DNA of 64,000 bases. Origin: an uncultured bacterium. Lineage in GTDB: Bacteria; JAGOEH01. Shown piece by piece: positions 28,710-39,712 of this stretch. The notes under the pieces were generated by a model. It was not told where the DNA came from. It worked only from the letters and a program-made list of their open reading frames with translations, and made no database searches. Where the stretch lies: NCBI GenBank assembly GCA_964632485.1, contig CAZWDO010000007.1, positions 62,001 to 126,000 of the forward strand, given 5' to 3'. Every line of letters starts with the position of its first letter. The stretch's first letter is position 1. Both the position numbers and the translations under genes were made by a program.

Positions 28710-29642
28710 TCAGCGTTTGGTAATTGTTTTGTTTTTTTGTTGAGACTCAGTATAGGTTTGCCAGGCTACAACAACTGGACTAGCGACATAGATCGAGGAA
28801 TAGGTACCAATCACGATACCGAAGAAAAGAGCCAGTGAAAAATCGAAGGTCACTTCACTGCCATATACCACCAGCGCCAGGATTGCCAACATTGTTGTAC
28901 CCGAGGTAATAATTGTGCGGCTCAATGTTTGGTTGATGCTATTATTTACAATCCGATCCAGCTTTTGCTTGCGGATGGATCGTAAATTTTCCCGGATACG
29001 GTCAAAAATCACGATGGTATCATTGATGGAGTAGCCCACAATCGTCAATAAAGCGGCAATAAATGGCAAAGAAACCTCTTTATTCAAAATAGCGAAAAAG
29101 GCCAGCGTACAAAACACATCGTGAAAAAGGGCGACCACTGCGGCCACGGCGAATTTAAATTGAAACCGCAGAGTTACATAAATCAAGATACCGACTAATG
29201 AAAAAATAATCGCCCAGAATGCCTGAATCGTCAATTCACGTCCGATTTTGGGGCCGACATGTTCAATACGGCGAATTTCTGCCGGATTTTGAGTGTATTG
29301 TTTGGCGAAAAAATCCTCAAACATTTTTTCGGCTGAAATCGATTCTTTATCCTCAAGGACTGAAAATCGGATAAGAACTTCGTCCTTAGCGCCAAAACGA
29401 GATATTTCAAGTGACGATAGGTTCATCTTATCAATTTCCTTCCGCAATTCAGCAATTTCAACCGGGTTTTGAAATTTGACTTGAACAATCGTACCGCCGG
29501 CGAAATCGATCGACATTTTAAAACCGCCATTGATGATCAAGGCAACAATACCGATCAAAATCAAGGCAATTGAAAAAAATGCGGCAAATTTTCTATATCC
29601 AATAATTTCATAATTGGCGTCGCGGAATAAATGGAACTGCAT
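28710..29642 (-). CDS. secF: Protein translocase subunit SecF
   Basis: IDFAGGT, VGPKIG, ALFHDV, GYSINDTIVIFDRIRE, TLSRTIITS, GTYSSIYVA. Confidence 0.97.
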   Translation of the reverse strand: MQFHLFRDANYEIIGYRKFAAFFSIALILIGIVALIINGGFKMSIDFAGGTIVQVKFQNPVEIAELRKEIDKMNLSSLEISRFGAKDEVLIRFSVLEDKESISAEKMFEDFFAKQYTQNPAEIRRIEHVGPKIGRELTIQAFWAIIFSLVGILIYVTLRFQFKFAVAAVVALFHDVFCTLAFFAILNKEVSLPFIAALLTIVGYSINDTIVIFDRIRENLRSIRKQKLDRIVNNSINQTLSRTIITSGTTMLAILALVVYGSEVTFDFSLALFFGIVIGTYSSIYVASPVVVAWQTYTESQQKNKTITKR

Positions 29643-29661
29643 CTTTCTGCCTCCTTCTATG

Positions 29662-31398
29662 TTAAATACTCAGCGATTTGATACGTACTTTATAAACCAG
29701 ATAATCGAACAGAATACGGCTGACCACTAAAGCGGTAAAGAGAGAAGAAAGAATACCCAGCGATAAAGTAACCGCAAATCCGCGGATAGGGCCGGTACCG
29801 TAAACATAGAGAACCAGCGCGGTGATCAGTGTAGTAATATTGGCATCAAAGATAGTCCAAAAAGCCTTGCCAAAACCATTTTCAACGGAGACAATGCTGG
29901 TTTTGCCCGCCAGCATCTCCTCACGAATTCTTTCAAAAATCAGCACATTGGCATCTACGGACATACCAATGGTTAAGACAAGACCGGCAATACCGGGCAA
30001 TGTCAGTGTGGCATGCAAATAAGCCATGGCGGCCATAATAAAAATCATATTCAGCACCAGAGCGACAACTGAAATACCTCCGCTTAATTTATAATAGATC
30101 ATCATAAAAAAAGCGACCAGGATTAACCCAATAATAGCGGCGAATTTACCGGCCTGTATTGAATCACTGCCCAGGGTCGGTCCGACTGTCCGTTCTTCAA
30201 TGACATTAACGGGAGCAGGCAGAGCGCCACTGCGAAGTACAATCGAGAGGTCCTTGGCTTCATCCATGGATTGACTGCCGGTAATAATCGAACGGCCGTC
30301 GCGAATACGAACAATCAGTTCAGGAGCGCTAACGACCCGATTATCGAGCACGATCGCCAGGCGCTTGTTCAGATTCGCGCCCGTGATCTGTGAAAACAAA
30401 TCAACGGCTTCGCCCTTCACTTCAAAATTGACAATAGGACGATTCGCTGTAGAAGGATCGTATCCCTGTCCAATAGTAGCCCGCGCATCTTTTACAGCTG
30501 CGCCGGTCATTTCCGCTTTTTTGAAAATTACAAAAAGCTGCCGGTAAATTTTACCGTCACCCATGGGAATTTTCTCATTGGCCCACACAATCGAGGCGTC
30601 TTCCGGGATCACCGCCTGGGCTTCCGGGGTTTTCAGAAGCGAATCGACGATTGAATATTCCACATCTAAAACAAAAAAATTAGTGAATTTTTCACTGGGG
30701 CGGATGATGATACGAGACATCAAGGGTTGCGCGCCAGTTTGATTAGGCAACAGATCAGCGTTCTCGGTAGCGGCGGCTGTTGTGTCTGTTGAGGCCGAAT
30801 CCGCCTGACTACTATCAGAGGATGCAGTAAGCTGATCCAAAATTGAACCTTCAGATTGCTTTGGCACTGAATCGGATTTCGGTTCAACACTGGTAATATT
30901 GTATTTTTGCAGCAAATCCCCTTTAGCGGCAATTTGATCGATGGTAGCCAGGATGCTGCGCGCGTCCTCACCTTCCCGTACTATCTTGAATTCTAATAGC
31001 GCGGTTTGTCCAATCAGATTCTTAGCTCTCTGAGGATCCTGCAATCCCGGCAATTGAACAACAATACGCTTTTCACCTTGTTTTTGAATGACCGGTTCAG
31101 CAACGCCGAACTGATCCACACGATTCCGAATCACTTCCAACGCCCGGTCCAGGGCATCCGTGCGATCTTCTTCCTTTACTTTGTCCATATCTACTTCCAA
31201 CACCAAATACATTCCACCCCGCAAATCCAATCCCAAATTGATGGAACGGTTTTCAAGATTCTCCAGTTCCTGCATGGAAAGCGCTTTCTTACCCTCCTCA
31301 TCCAGCATCGACAAGCGACCAGTGGGATATAGAAAGTACAGACTGAGTAGTAGAATCAACAGAGAAATACTTAGTTTTACATAAAAACTTTTCGTCAT
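29662..31398 (-). CDS. secD: Protein translocase subunit SecD
   Basis: LGLDLRGG, RNRVDQFGVAEP, LRSGALP, VGPTLG, GMSVDANVLIFERIRE, GTGPIRGFA. Confidence 0.97.
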   Translation of the reverse strand: MTKSFYVKLSISLLILLLSLYFLYPTGRLSMLDEEGKKALSMQELENLENRSINLGLDLRGGMYLVLEVDMDKVKEEDRTDALDRALEVIRNRVDQFGVAEPVIQKQGEKRIVVQLPGLQDPQRAKNLIGQTALLEFKIVREGEDARSILATIDQIAAKGDLLQKYNITSVEPKSDSVPKQSEGSILDQLTASSDSSQADSASTDTTAAATENADLLPNQTGAQPLMSRIIIRPSEKFTNFFVLDVEYSIVDSLLKTPEAQAVIPEDASIVWANEKIPMGDGKIYRQLFVIFKKAEMTGAAVKDARATIGQGYDPSTANRPIVNFEVKGEAVDLFSQITGANLNKRLAIVLDNRVVSAPELIVRIRDGRSIITGSQSMDEAKDLSIVLRSGALPAPVNVIEERTVGPTLGSDSIQAGKFAAIIGLILVAFFMMIYYKLSGGISVVALVLNMIFIMAAMAYLHATLTLPGIAGLVLTIGMSVDANVLIFERIREEMLAGKTSIVSVENGFGKAFWTIFDANITTLITALVLYVYGTGPIRGFAVTLSLGILSSLFTALVVSRILFDYLVYKVRIKSLSI

Positions 31399-31414
31399 TC
31401 GAGAGCCTCCTTTG

Positions 31415-31870
31415 CTACCAGTTTATGATGACTTTGAGAAAAACCTGTTCCGGTAATCCTAAATCAATAAAAATTGATTGATTTTCTTCAACTGAACGAT
31501 GAATAGTCAGATGCATGGATTCGGCCCATTCCAGAATATCGCCGGCAAACGAGTATGGTTCAGCGCGCTCACATTTAATCTCCGTATGCAGGCAGGAAAC
31601 TTCCAACTCGTTCTGAATGGGTTGCCGAATATAATAGTGCTTTAAATCAAATTTATTCGAATCGGACCGGGTTTCGAGCAAACGAATAAATTTTTCTTCC
31701 ATTCCCGGAATCTGTTCCAAACTTATCCTGCTAATGCCCCGCATGGGAGCTGAAGAATAGAGAACAATCACGCTCAGGGAAAAAATAACAAAACCCAGCA
31801 GGAATAGTTTTAACATCTTTGCGGTAATAACAATCATTTTCTGTTTTACATCCTTTATCTTCAAATTCAA
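31415..31870 (-). CDS. Hypothetical protein with N-terminal TM helix
   Basis: 151-aa ORF directly upstream of secD; start uncertain. Confidence 0.55.
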   Translation of the reverse strand: MNLKIKDVKQKMIVITAKMLKLFLLGFVIFSLSVIVLYSSAPMRGISRISLEQIPGMEEKFIRLLETRSDSNKFDLKHYYIRQPIQNELEVSCLHTEIKCERAEPYSFAGDILEWAESMHLTIHRSVEENQSIFIDLGLPEQVFLKVIINW

Positions 31871-31983
31871 TCAATCCGGACAACAAATCTAAATTAATCG
31901 CAAAAAATAAAACAGAGAGTAAAAATAGTTTAATTTTTATGAAAAAGCAAGTGAAAAAATATAAATTTAGAGGGAATTGAATA

Positions 31984-33504
31984 TTAATCATCGCTCAAGT
32001 GGCGATACAGCTCATCAAATTTTAAATGGATATCGGCAAAACAACTGAGGATTTTAGGGTCGAAATGAGATGGCATTACGCGTTCATCGCCTTTAAGAAT
32101 GATATCAATCGTTTTTTCATGGGAAAAATGGGGTTTGTATGTCCTTTTATTGCGCAACGCATCATAGACATCGCTAATTTTAACAATCCGGGCCGCCAAA
32201 GAAATTTCATAACTATGCAGACCCTGGGGATATCCGGAACCATCATAATTCTCATGATGTTCCAGCGCAACACGGCGCGCCATTTCAAATTCATCGTATG
32301 AACCAATAATTTTTGCGCCGTGATTCGTATGGGTTTTAATAATTTCCCATTCTTCTGTCGTCAGTTTGCTGGTCTTTTTTAAGATATCCGGATGGATATG
32401 GATTTTTCCCACATCATGCAACTGCGCCATAATTCGGATTTTATTACAAAATTCATTATCCAGATTCAATTCACGCGCAATAATATAAGCATATTCATTC
32501 ACTCGGTTGATATGTTTTCCCGTATCCTCATCATTGACCTCCGCGGCTCGGGCCAAAGCCCCAATTGAATAATAAAAAAATTCCTGAATCTTACGAACCT
32601 GTTTGAAAAGCGTGAGATAATAGTTCAAATGCAGCACAAATCCACGGATTACCGGCTCCAACATAGTGGAAGAACTAAATTTATTAAAATTGAAATTGAT
32701 AAAAAAAGCATCGCTCCGCCAATATATCAGCCCATTGCGGACATCTCCGCTCCATTCCAAAATTCGAGGATGAAACAACTCCAGGTTCAATCGCGCGTTT
32801 TCATGATGCTCAAAATTTAAATAGGCAAAATCACCCACCAGATTCAGTGGTTCCTTAATAATATAATCAAAAATACCGGTTTCCCGTTGAATGATCTGAT
32901 ATCCCTCTAAACGGAAGGTATATAATTGATACTGATCCGTGGCGGTTCGACTTCCAAAAATGATTGTTTCAGGTACTTCCTCTGGCTGGCTATAGCTATG
33001 AACCACTTGTTGGATCATAAAATCGATGGTTTCCGGAAAATCGAAGAGGGAAAGCCGTAAATTTTCCAATATGCTTTCCGAATATTCATTGATTTTATTC
33101 AGCTCTCTTAAGGCATGTTTAACCTTTTCCTTGGCATTTTTTATTCGAAGTTGATTTTTGATACGTGTCGATAATTCAATGGGATCTAATGGTTTATTTA
33201 GAAATTCATTCGCTCCGGATTCCAACGCTTGTAACTTAATATTACGGCTTCCCATTCCCGTCATCATAATAATAGCCGTATCACTCAACTTAGAGATTTT
33301 TCGGATTTCCTTGCATACGTCTATGCCGCTTAAATCAGGCATCATGACGTCCAACAAAATTACATCCGGTACCTCTTTAATCGCCAGATCAATGCCGGCT
33401 AAGCCCCAATATGCAGTTGAAATATTCAAATCCTGAGCTTCCAGAATCTCTTTCAGTATCTCAACATTGTTAGTATCATCATCCACTAATAAAATATGGT
33501 TCAT
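31984..33504 (-). CDS. Response regulator with HD-GYP phosphodiesterase domain
   Basis: REC: ILLVDD, LLDVMMP, KP. HD-GYP: TGKHINRV, LHDVGKI, HHENYDGSGYP, DVYDAL..R.YK. Start ATG 33504. Confidence 0.93.
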   Translation of the reverse strand: MNHILLVDDDTNNVEILKEILEAQDLNISTAYWGLAGIDLAIKEVPDVILLDVMMPDLSGIDVCKEIRKISKLSDTAIIMMTGMGSRNIKLQALESGANEFLNKPLDPIELSTRIKNQLRIKNAKEKVKHALRELNKINEYSESILENLRLSLFDFPETIDFMIQQVVHSYSQPEEVPETIIFGSRTATDQYQLYTFRLEGYQIIQRETGIFDYIIKEPLNLVGDFAYLNFEHHENARLNLELFHPRILEWSGDVRNGLIYWRSDAFFINFNFNKFSSSTMLEPVIRGFVLHLNYYLTLFKQVRKIQEFFYYSIGALARAAEVNDEDTGKHINRVNEYAYIIARELNLDNEFCNKIRIMAQLHDVGKIHIHPDILKKTSKLTTEEWEIIKTHTNHGAKIIGSYDEFEMARRVALEHHENYDGSGYPQGLHSYEISLAARIVKISDVYDALRNKRTYKPHFSHEKTIDIILKGDERVMPSHFDPKILSCFADIHLKFDELYRHLSDD

Positions 33505-33717
33505 TCGTCTTCCTCGCAATTTTTAGATAAATAATCATTTTTTTCCATGAAGTCAACATTTTTTTAAGTATTTTATAAAAAAACATAAATATTTTTTTAA
33601 GAGACTTGACAAACCAGAAAAATATTTTTTCTTTTCTATTAAATTAGAGTGAGGACAAATCCTCCGCAAGACTCACGGAAGAAACCACGTAATTAGAATT
33701 AATTTTTTCAAAGGAGA

Positions 33718-34890
33718 ATGCGTATGGCAGGCGAAACGATGCGTGCCCTGGTCTATGATACAATAAGAATGCCCTGGGAAAAAAGTATTGGCTTTGATAT
33801 GCAAGAAGTGCAAAAACCCACGCTCAATCCTCAAGAACGTCTGGAGGATATTGAAAGCGCGATTATTCGGGTCAATTATGCTGGGGTTTGCGGTTCCGAT
33901 CGGGGAATCTGGTATCGTAAATCCTTTCGAGAGATGATTTCAGACAGTCTGGAACAAGAAGGTAAAACTTCCCGTATTATCGGTCATGAACTTTTAGGCG
34001 AAATCGTTGAGATTGGATCGCAAGCTCAGCGCGAATTAGGCTTGCATCCCGGCGATATTGTTTCCACAGAAAGCCATATTATCTGCGGAACCTGTTACCA
34101 ATGCCGGATCGGTGATAACCATGTCTGTGAAAAAAACTATATCATCGGCATATCCTATGACGGATGTTTTGCCGAATATATCAAGCTTCCTGCGCGGGTC
34201 TTATGGCCAACGAATCTGGAAAGAATTCGTCCGGAAGTCGCTTCCATCCAGGAACCTTTTGGCAATGCGGTCCATGCGTGCACAAAAGTCAACTTAAGAG
34301 GGAAACGGGTCGCTATTTTTGGTTGCGGTACAATCGGTCTTTTTGCCATCATGGTTGCGCGAGAATTGGGAGCAATTGAGATCATCGGGATCGAACCAAA
34401 TCCGCAACATCAGGAAATGGCCCGGGCGCTGGGAGCCGATCTGGTAATCGCTCCCCCACCCTCTGAAAACGAGAGCTACCATCATAGCATATCGCTGACC
34501 GAGGCAGTGCGTAAAGCCACCAACGGGGTCGGGGTCGATGTGGCAATCGAAATGACCGGACTGAATGTTTCGATCAACAACGCTATTTTCTCCACTCGCC
34601 GGGGAGGAGACATCATTTTGTTCGGCCTGCGTTCAGGCAACGCCATCATCGAAAATTTCGACCGTCTGATCGTCGATGGGATATCCCTTCACAGTGTTAT
34701 CGGACGTCGTATCTGGGAGACATGGTACTATACTAAAGCCCTGTTAGAAAAAAACTCACGCATAGCTGACCGTATATGGAATATTATCCTCCAGGAAGGC
34801 AAAACGATTTACGATTTTAACAATTTTAGTCAAGACACCTTCCAGAAGGCTATTGACAGTAATCCCAAAATTATCCTCAAAATCAACTAA
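33718..34890 (+). CDS. tdh: L-threonine 3-dehydrogenase (Zn-dependent MDR)
   Basis: [37 protein letters not shown]; adjacent to kbl. Confidence 0.88.
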   Translation: MRMAGETMRALVYDTIRMPWEKSIGFDMQEVQKPTLNPQERLEDIESAIIRVNYAGVCGSDRGIWYRKSFREMISDSLEQEGKTSRIIGHELLGEIVEIGSQAQRELGLHPGDIVSTESHIICGTCYQCRIGDNHVCEKNYIIGISYDGCFAEYIKLPARVLWPTNLERIRPEVASIQEPFGNAVHACTKVNLRGKRVAIFGCGTIGLFAIMVARELGAIEIIGIEPNPQHQEMARALGADLVIAPPPSENESYHHSISLTEAVRKATNGVGVDVAIEMTGLNVSINNAIFSTRRGGDIILFGLRSGNAIIENFDRLIVDGISLHSVIGRRIWETWYYTKALLEKNSRIADRIWNIILQEGKTIYDFNNFSQDTFQKAIDSNPKIILKIN

Positions 34891-34901
34891 GGAGTCCGAC
34901 T

Positions 34902-36092
34902 ATGTATGGAAGCATAAAACAGTTTTTACTCAATGAATTGACTGCCATCCAACAGGAAGGGCTCTATAAAGAAGAACGAATCCTTTTAACGGAGCAAGCG
35001 CCGTCGATACGCACAAAAAAGGGAGAGGTTTTGAACTTTTGCGCCAACAATTATCTGGGGCTGGCCAATAATCGCGAACTGATCGAAGCCGCTACTACCA
35101 CAATGGCTGATTATGGATTTGGGCTTTCTTCTGTGCGGTTTATTTGCGGCACCCAGGATATCCATAAAAAACTGGAACAAAAAATTGCCCAGTTTCTTAA
35201 AATGGATGATGCGATCCTTTACAGCTCCTGTTTCGACGCTAATGGCGGGCTGTTTGAAACACTTTTTAAAGAAGATGATGTTATTATTTCGGATGAACTC
35301 AATCACGCTTCTATTATTGATGGCATTCGTCTCTCTAAAGCCCAGCGGAAACGTTATAAAAACAATGATATGCAGGATTTGGAAGACCAACTCAAATCGC
35401 TTAACGATAGCCATATTCGTTTCAAAGTGATCGCCACGGACGGAGTATTCAGTATGGACGGCTATATTGCCCGATTGGATAAGATTTGTGATTTGGCAGA
35501 TCAATACGATGCATTAGTTATGGTGGATGATTCTCATGCTACCGGATTCGTAGGAGCTACAGGCCGGGGCACTCAGGAATATTGCAATGTAATGGGACGA
35601 GTCGATATCATTACATCCACCCTGGGAAAGGCGTTGGGAGGAGCGTCCGGTGGATTTACCGCCGCCCGCGGAGAAATTGTGGAATACCTGCGCCAACGAT
35701 CGCGCCCCTACCTTTTCTCCAATACCGTCGCCCCCGCAGTTATTGGCGCAAGTCTAAAAGTACTTGAACTCCTTGATAGTTCCTCCTCCCTGATTCAAAT
35801 ACTCCAGGAAAACACTCGCTACTTCCGCCAGGAGATCAAAAAACTTGGGTTTACCATTCGCGAAGGAGTCCACCCCATCATACCCGTCATGATCGGTGAT
35901 GCCCGGTTGGCTTCCGAGATGGCTAATCGGCTTCTCGATGAGGGTATCTATGTCATCGGTTTCAGCTACCCTGTCGTCCCGAAAGGAATGGCGCGCATCC
36001 GACTCCAACTCTCAGCCGCCCACACCCAGGATCATTTGGATCAGTGCTTGCGCGCTTTTAATAAAATTGGAAAACTCCTGAAACTTATCTAA
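34902..36092 (+). CDS. kbl: 2-amino-3-ketobutyrate CoA ligase (glycine C-acetyltransferase)
   Basis: [50 protein letters not shown]. Confidence 0.97.
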   Translation: MYGSIKQFLLNELTAIQQEGLYKEERILLTEQAPSIRTKKGEVLNFCANNYLGLANNRELIEAATTTMADYGFGLSSVRFICGTQDIHKKLEQKIAQFLKMDDAILYSSCFDANGGLFETLFKEDDVIISDELNHASIIDGIRLSKAQRKRYKNNDMQDLEDQLKSLNDSHIRFKVIATDGVFSMDGYIARLDKICDLADQYDALVMVDDSHATGFVGATGRGTQEYCNVMGRVDIITSTLGKALGGASGGFTAARGEIVEYLRQRSRPYLFSNTVAPAVIGASLKVLELLDSSSSLIQILQENTRYFRQEIKKLGFTIREGVHPIIPVMIGDARLASEMANRLLDEGIYVIGFSYPVVPKGMARIRLQLSAAHTQDHLDQCLRAFNKIGKLLKLI

Positions 36093-36168
36093 ATGATTCT
36101 AAATTAGAACGCCATTAACCGATCGTATTTTAAATATTTTTTTTAAAAAATGTTCTATTTTTTTTTAC

Positions 36169-36196
36169 TTGACATTTTTTTTTTTTTTTTTAATTT
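36169..36196 (+). promoter_or_regulatory. Putative ssb promoter with homopolymeric T spacer
   Basis: TTGACA (36169-36174) followed by 17 consecutive T, then AATTTAAAT. Confidence 0.5.
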
Positions 36197-36234
36197 AAAT
36201 AAAATTACCCATCACTTTAAACAAAGGAGTTTAA

Positions 36235-36705
36235 ATGGCCGGACGAGGAACAATCAACAAAGTCATTTTAATCGGTCGCCTGGGGAATGATGCGGAATTG
36301 CGCTATACCCAGACCCAAGTCCCGGTAGCTTCCTTTAATTTAGCAACCAATGAAGTATGGCGCGATCAAAACGGACAAATGGCTGAACGTACTGACTGGC
36401 ATCGAATCATTGCCTGGCGCAAACTGGCCGAATTCGCAGGAAATTATATGCGTAAAGGGACATTAGCCTATATTGAGGGCAAATTGCAAACCCGCACAGT
36501 TGATAGTACGAAACATCCCGGTGAAAAGCAATATTTTACCGAAGTAGTGGCTGATCAAATCCAACTCATCGGACCCAAAGCGGATCGTACCGTTGAAGTT
36601 CCGCCCATTCCAGAAGAAAACCACAGCCCCTCGACACCCAGCTCGATAACTGATTTTCCCGATTCACCGATGGTTCAGGATGAAGTGGACGATCTGCCTT
36701 TCTAA
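36235..36705 (+). CDS. ssb: Single-stranded DNA-binding protein
   Basis: INKVILIGRLG.D.ELRYT, TDWHRI, YIEGKLQTR, C-terminal DDLPF. Confidence 0.97.
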   Translation: MAGRGTINKVILIGRLGNDAELRYTQTQVPVASFNLATNEVWRDQNGQMAERTDWHRIIAWRKLAEFAGNYMRKGTLAYIEGKLQTRTVDSTKHPGEKQYFTEVVADQIQLIGPKADRTVEVPPIPEENHSPSTPSSITDFPDSPMVQDEVDDLPF

Positions 36706-36909
36706 TTAGAGTCTGTTCATAAAGTCGGCATTTTCACGTTGCGCGGCTTGGCCTAATTATGAAGATCGCTCAAAATCGGTTTGCTGCCGGAACAGCGCTT
36801 GCTGCGTTCAGGCACTTTGCTGCCCTTAATCCACGTGATATTAGCCCAATGGGTTATCCCAGTAGGGAATAAAACCTACATATCACCTCTTTAACTAATA
36901 GGAGAATAT

Positions 36910-37572
36910 ATGCGTCTTTCACTTATCATAGCAATCCTAACTCTCTTTTTTGCCACATGTAAAAAAGATTCGCCTTCACCCGTTCCTCAAGAGACCCAAC
37001 CCACTGCGCAAACCCAAACCGATAACGTGGATACTCTCTCCGTAACCGAATCCTCGGACAGGGAAGAAATGGCAACCGGCCAGGAAGAGAAAACGACCGA
37101 GGCTGATGAAAAAGCCCAACAAAAAGAACCAGTAGCAAATACTGAAGTTAGTAGTTTAGAAGGATTACTGCTAAAAAATCTCGACGGCACAGTTGATCGA
37201 ATAGAAAACCATAAAAATGCAAAAATCATTTTGCTCGATATCTGGGATACCTGGTGCCCTCCATGTCGTAAAGAAATTCCCGGCTTCATTGAACTCAATA
37301 AAGCTTATGAAAGCAAAGGGTTGCTTATAATCGGATTGGCTTTAGGACAGGAGGGAACGCCTGCCGTGCAATCATTTATCAATAAATATGGCATCAACTA
37401 CCCGGTTTATCTGCCAGGAAACGGCGATAATTTCAATAAGTATTTCAGTAATGTCCAAAGTATTCCAACTACGCTCATCGTCGATTCTAAAAGCTTTAAA
37501 ATTATTGAAACCATGGTCGGGTTTCATGAAAAATCCAGTTTTGAGCAAATTATCAAACCTTATTTGGACTAA
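36910..37572 (+). CDS. TlpA/ResA-family thiol-disulfide oxidoreductase, lipoprotein
   Basis: Lipobox FATC, acidic linker, WDTWCPPCRKEIP, SIPTT. Confidence 0.9.
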   Translation: MRLSLIIAILTLFFATCKKDSPSPVPQETQPTAQTQTDNVDTLSVTESSDREEMATGQEEKTTEADEKAQQKEPVANTEVSSLEGLLLKNLDGTVDRIENHKNAKIILLDIWDTWCPPCRKEIPGFIELNKAYESKGLLIIGLALGQEGTPAVQSFINKYGINYPVYLPGNGDNFNKYFSNVQSIPTTLIVDSKSFKIIETMVGFHEKSSFEQIIKPYLD

Positions 37573-37578
37573 CCAATT

Positions 37579-38679
37579 TTGATAAAACAAAAAACCGCAA
37601 TTATTGTAGGAATTTATAACCGGAATCGAGATGGGAACATCAGAGAGGCCGAAGCCGCGCTGGAAGAGATGGTTTTACTGGCCCGAACCAGCCGATTAAT
37701 TGTCAGTGAAGCGTTTGTCAAGACTCTTGAATCATTCAATCACGCCACGCTTTTCGGTGAGGGACAGGTCCGGCAAATCGACGATCTGGTCAAGAAATAT
37801 CAAGCCAACATTGTGATCGTTGATCACAAAATGAGTCCCGCCCAAATCCGCAATTTGGAAAAAAACTGGGAGTGTACAGTAATTGACCGCACCGATCTGA
37901 TTCTGGAAATTTTTCAGCAACACGCGGGGACCCGGGAAGCTGAACTTCAAATAGAAATGGCGAGACTCCAGTATTTACTCCCGCGACTCACCGGCCAATG
38001 GACCCATCTGGACAGGCAGTACGGAGGAATCGGTATTCGGCGCGGGGTCGGCGAAACGCAGTTAGAGAAAGACCGTCGGCTGGTCAAACAAGAGATTGCT
38101 CACATTCGGTCACTTCTGAAAAAAGTCGAGCAATCACGGGAAACTCAGCAGAATCGACGCCGCAATTCGTTTCGCATCGCCTTGGTTGGTTATACCAATG
38201 CCGGTAAAAGTACATTATTGAACACACTAACCGGCAGCAAGACCTACGCGGATGATAAATTATTCGCAACTCTCGATCCACGCACCCGCCGCTGGATACT
38301 ACCCGGAAACATCCCCGTATTAATTACTGATACCATCGGATTTATCCGCCGTTTGCCCCATCACCTGATCGCTTCTTTTAAAAGCGCGTTAATAGAAGCC
38401 CACTACGCTGACCTCATTTGGCACGTCGTTGATTATTCCCATCCGGAACAAACGACCCAGGAACAGATTGTATTGGAAACGCTTAAAGAGATCGGATTGC
38501 AGGATAAACCGATCTGGACCCTTAATAACAAAATCGATCGGTGCAGTATACAGCCCGGCATGGAGAAGGATGGCGTTTTTTACATTTCCGCCTTGAATAA
38601 AAACGGATTTCAGGCGCTGATCGATGCAGTTTTTTTCGCCATCGCAAAAAATAACACTAATTCAAATATCAATCAATAA
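37579..38679 (+). CDS. hflX: Ribosome-splitting GTPase HflX
   Basis: VIDRT.LILEIF, YLLPRL, GETQLE.DRR, GYTNAGKST, LFATLDP, DTIGFI, NKID. Confidence 0.96.
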   Translation: MIKQKTAIIVGIYNRNRDGNIREAEAALEEMVLLARTSRLIVSEAFVKTLESFNHATLFGEGQVRQIDDLVKKYQANIVIVDHKMSPAQIRNLEKNWECTVIDRTDLILEIFQQHAGTREAELQIEMARLQYLLPRLTGQWTHLDRQYGGIGIRRGVGETQLEKDRRLVKQEIAHIRSLLKKVEQSRETQQNRRRNSFRIALVGYTNAGKSTLLNTLTGSKTYADDKLFATLDPRTRRWILPGNIPVLITDTIGFIRRLPHHLIASFKSALIEAHYADLIWHVVDYSHPEQTTQEQIVLETLKEIGLQDKPIWTLNNKIDRCSIQPGMEKDGVFYISALNKNGFQALIDAVFFAIAKNNTNSNINQ

Positions 38680-38694
38680 AAGCAAAAAAAAAAC

Positions 38695-38723
38695 TTGACA
38701 ATGCTTTTCTTTTTGATTATATT
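38695..38723 (+). promoter_or_regulatory. Sigma70 promoter (TTGACA-17-TATATT)
   Basis: Upstream of the lipoprotein-LysM pair. Confidence 0.7.
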
Positions 38724-38767
38724 TTTTTTTGAACCCTTCAACTGAAAGAACCAAAGGAGGTCTCCAG

Positions 38768-39058
38768 ATGAGAAAAAAAATTCGTCAATGGATCAATCTC
38801 GGACTACTCGGATTCGTCCTGGTCGTTTTACCGGCGATGAATGGCTGCACAAAACGTCCATCGGCAGAAGAAATGAAACAGCTCCAGGAAGCCAAAAAAG
38901 CGGCGGAAGCAGCGGAAGCAAAACTTGCCAGCCTGAAATCTGAAAAATTGCGACTGGAAAATGAGATCACAACGACCGAAGAAGCGATCAAAAACTGTGA
39001 ACAACAAAAGGTTAATCTGCAGGATCAAATCGACGCTTTGGAAAAAGGCAAGAAATAA
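38768..39058 (+). CDS. Small coiled-coil lipoprotein
   Basis: ATG 38768 after AAGGAGG; lipobox MNGC; heptad-rich remainder. Confidence 0.8.
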   Translation: MRKKIRQWINLGLLGFVLVVLPAMNGCTKRPSAEEMKQLQEAKKAAEAAEAKLASLKSEKLRLENEITTTEEAIKNCEQQKVNLQDQIDALEKGKK

Positions 39059-39080
39059 CACAGGCGAAAGGAGTTGTTCC

Positions 39081-39695
39081 ATGAAAAAATTAGTATTGAT
39101 TCTCCTGGTTATCATGTGTTTCGGACTTTTTAATACAGTTCAGGCCCAGGAAAAAATGACGTATGAAGAATGGTTGCATCAATTGCAACAATACCAGCAG
39201 CGGGAAAAAGATGCGTTATCGCAAATCGCTGTACTGGAAAAAGATATAGAACAATTAAAAGCCAAACTGGCGCCGTTAAAAGAAGCTTTAAGAAAATGCC
39301 AGGAAGAAGTCGCTGTATTGCAAGCCAAATTAGCCAAACTTCAAAGCAAACCCAAATCGGCTGAGCATACAGTTGTCCGCGGCGAATGCCTTTGGAAAAT
39401 CGCCGGTTATTCCCAGTATTTTGGCAATCCCTTGCGTTGGCCCATCATTTATCGCGCTAACCGCGACAAAATCAGGGACCCCAATCTTATCTATCCTAAC
39501 CAGGTATTTACCATCCCCCTGGAAAAACTCGATAACTACCAGGTGATGCGCGGCGATTGGCTAAGCAGAATCGCCGGTTATTGGGAAGTTTATGGCGACT
39601 GGCGCCAATGGACCAAAATCTATGAAGCCAATAAAGACAAGATTAAAGATAAAAACATGATCTATCCCGGACAAGTTTTTAACATTCCCCGTTAA
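39081..39695 (+). CDS. Exported coiled-coil protein with two LysM domains
   Basis: ATG 39081 after AAGGAG; HTVVRGECLWKIA...NLIYPNQVFTIP and YQVMRGDWLSRIA...IYPGQVFNIP. Confidence 0.92.
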   Translation: MKKLVLILLVIMCFGLFNTVQAQEKMTYEEWLHQLQQYQQREKDALSQIAVLEKDIEQLKAKLAPLKEALRKCQEEVAVLQAKLAKLQSKPKSAEHTVVRGECLWKIAGYSQYFGNPLRWPIIYRANRDKIRDPNLIYPNQVFTIPLEKLDNYQVMRGDWLSRIAGYWEVYGDWRQWTKIYEANKDKIKDKNMIYPGQVFNIPR

Positions 39696-39712
39696 TCTGA
39701 CTATTTGAACAC

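Noticed and set aside
33645-33717. Small hairpin GAGGA-CAAA-TCCTC upstream of tdh, considered as a glycine or c-di-GMP riboswitch
   Set aside because: Too short and missing the conserved aptamer cores.
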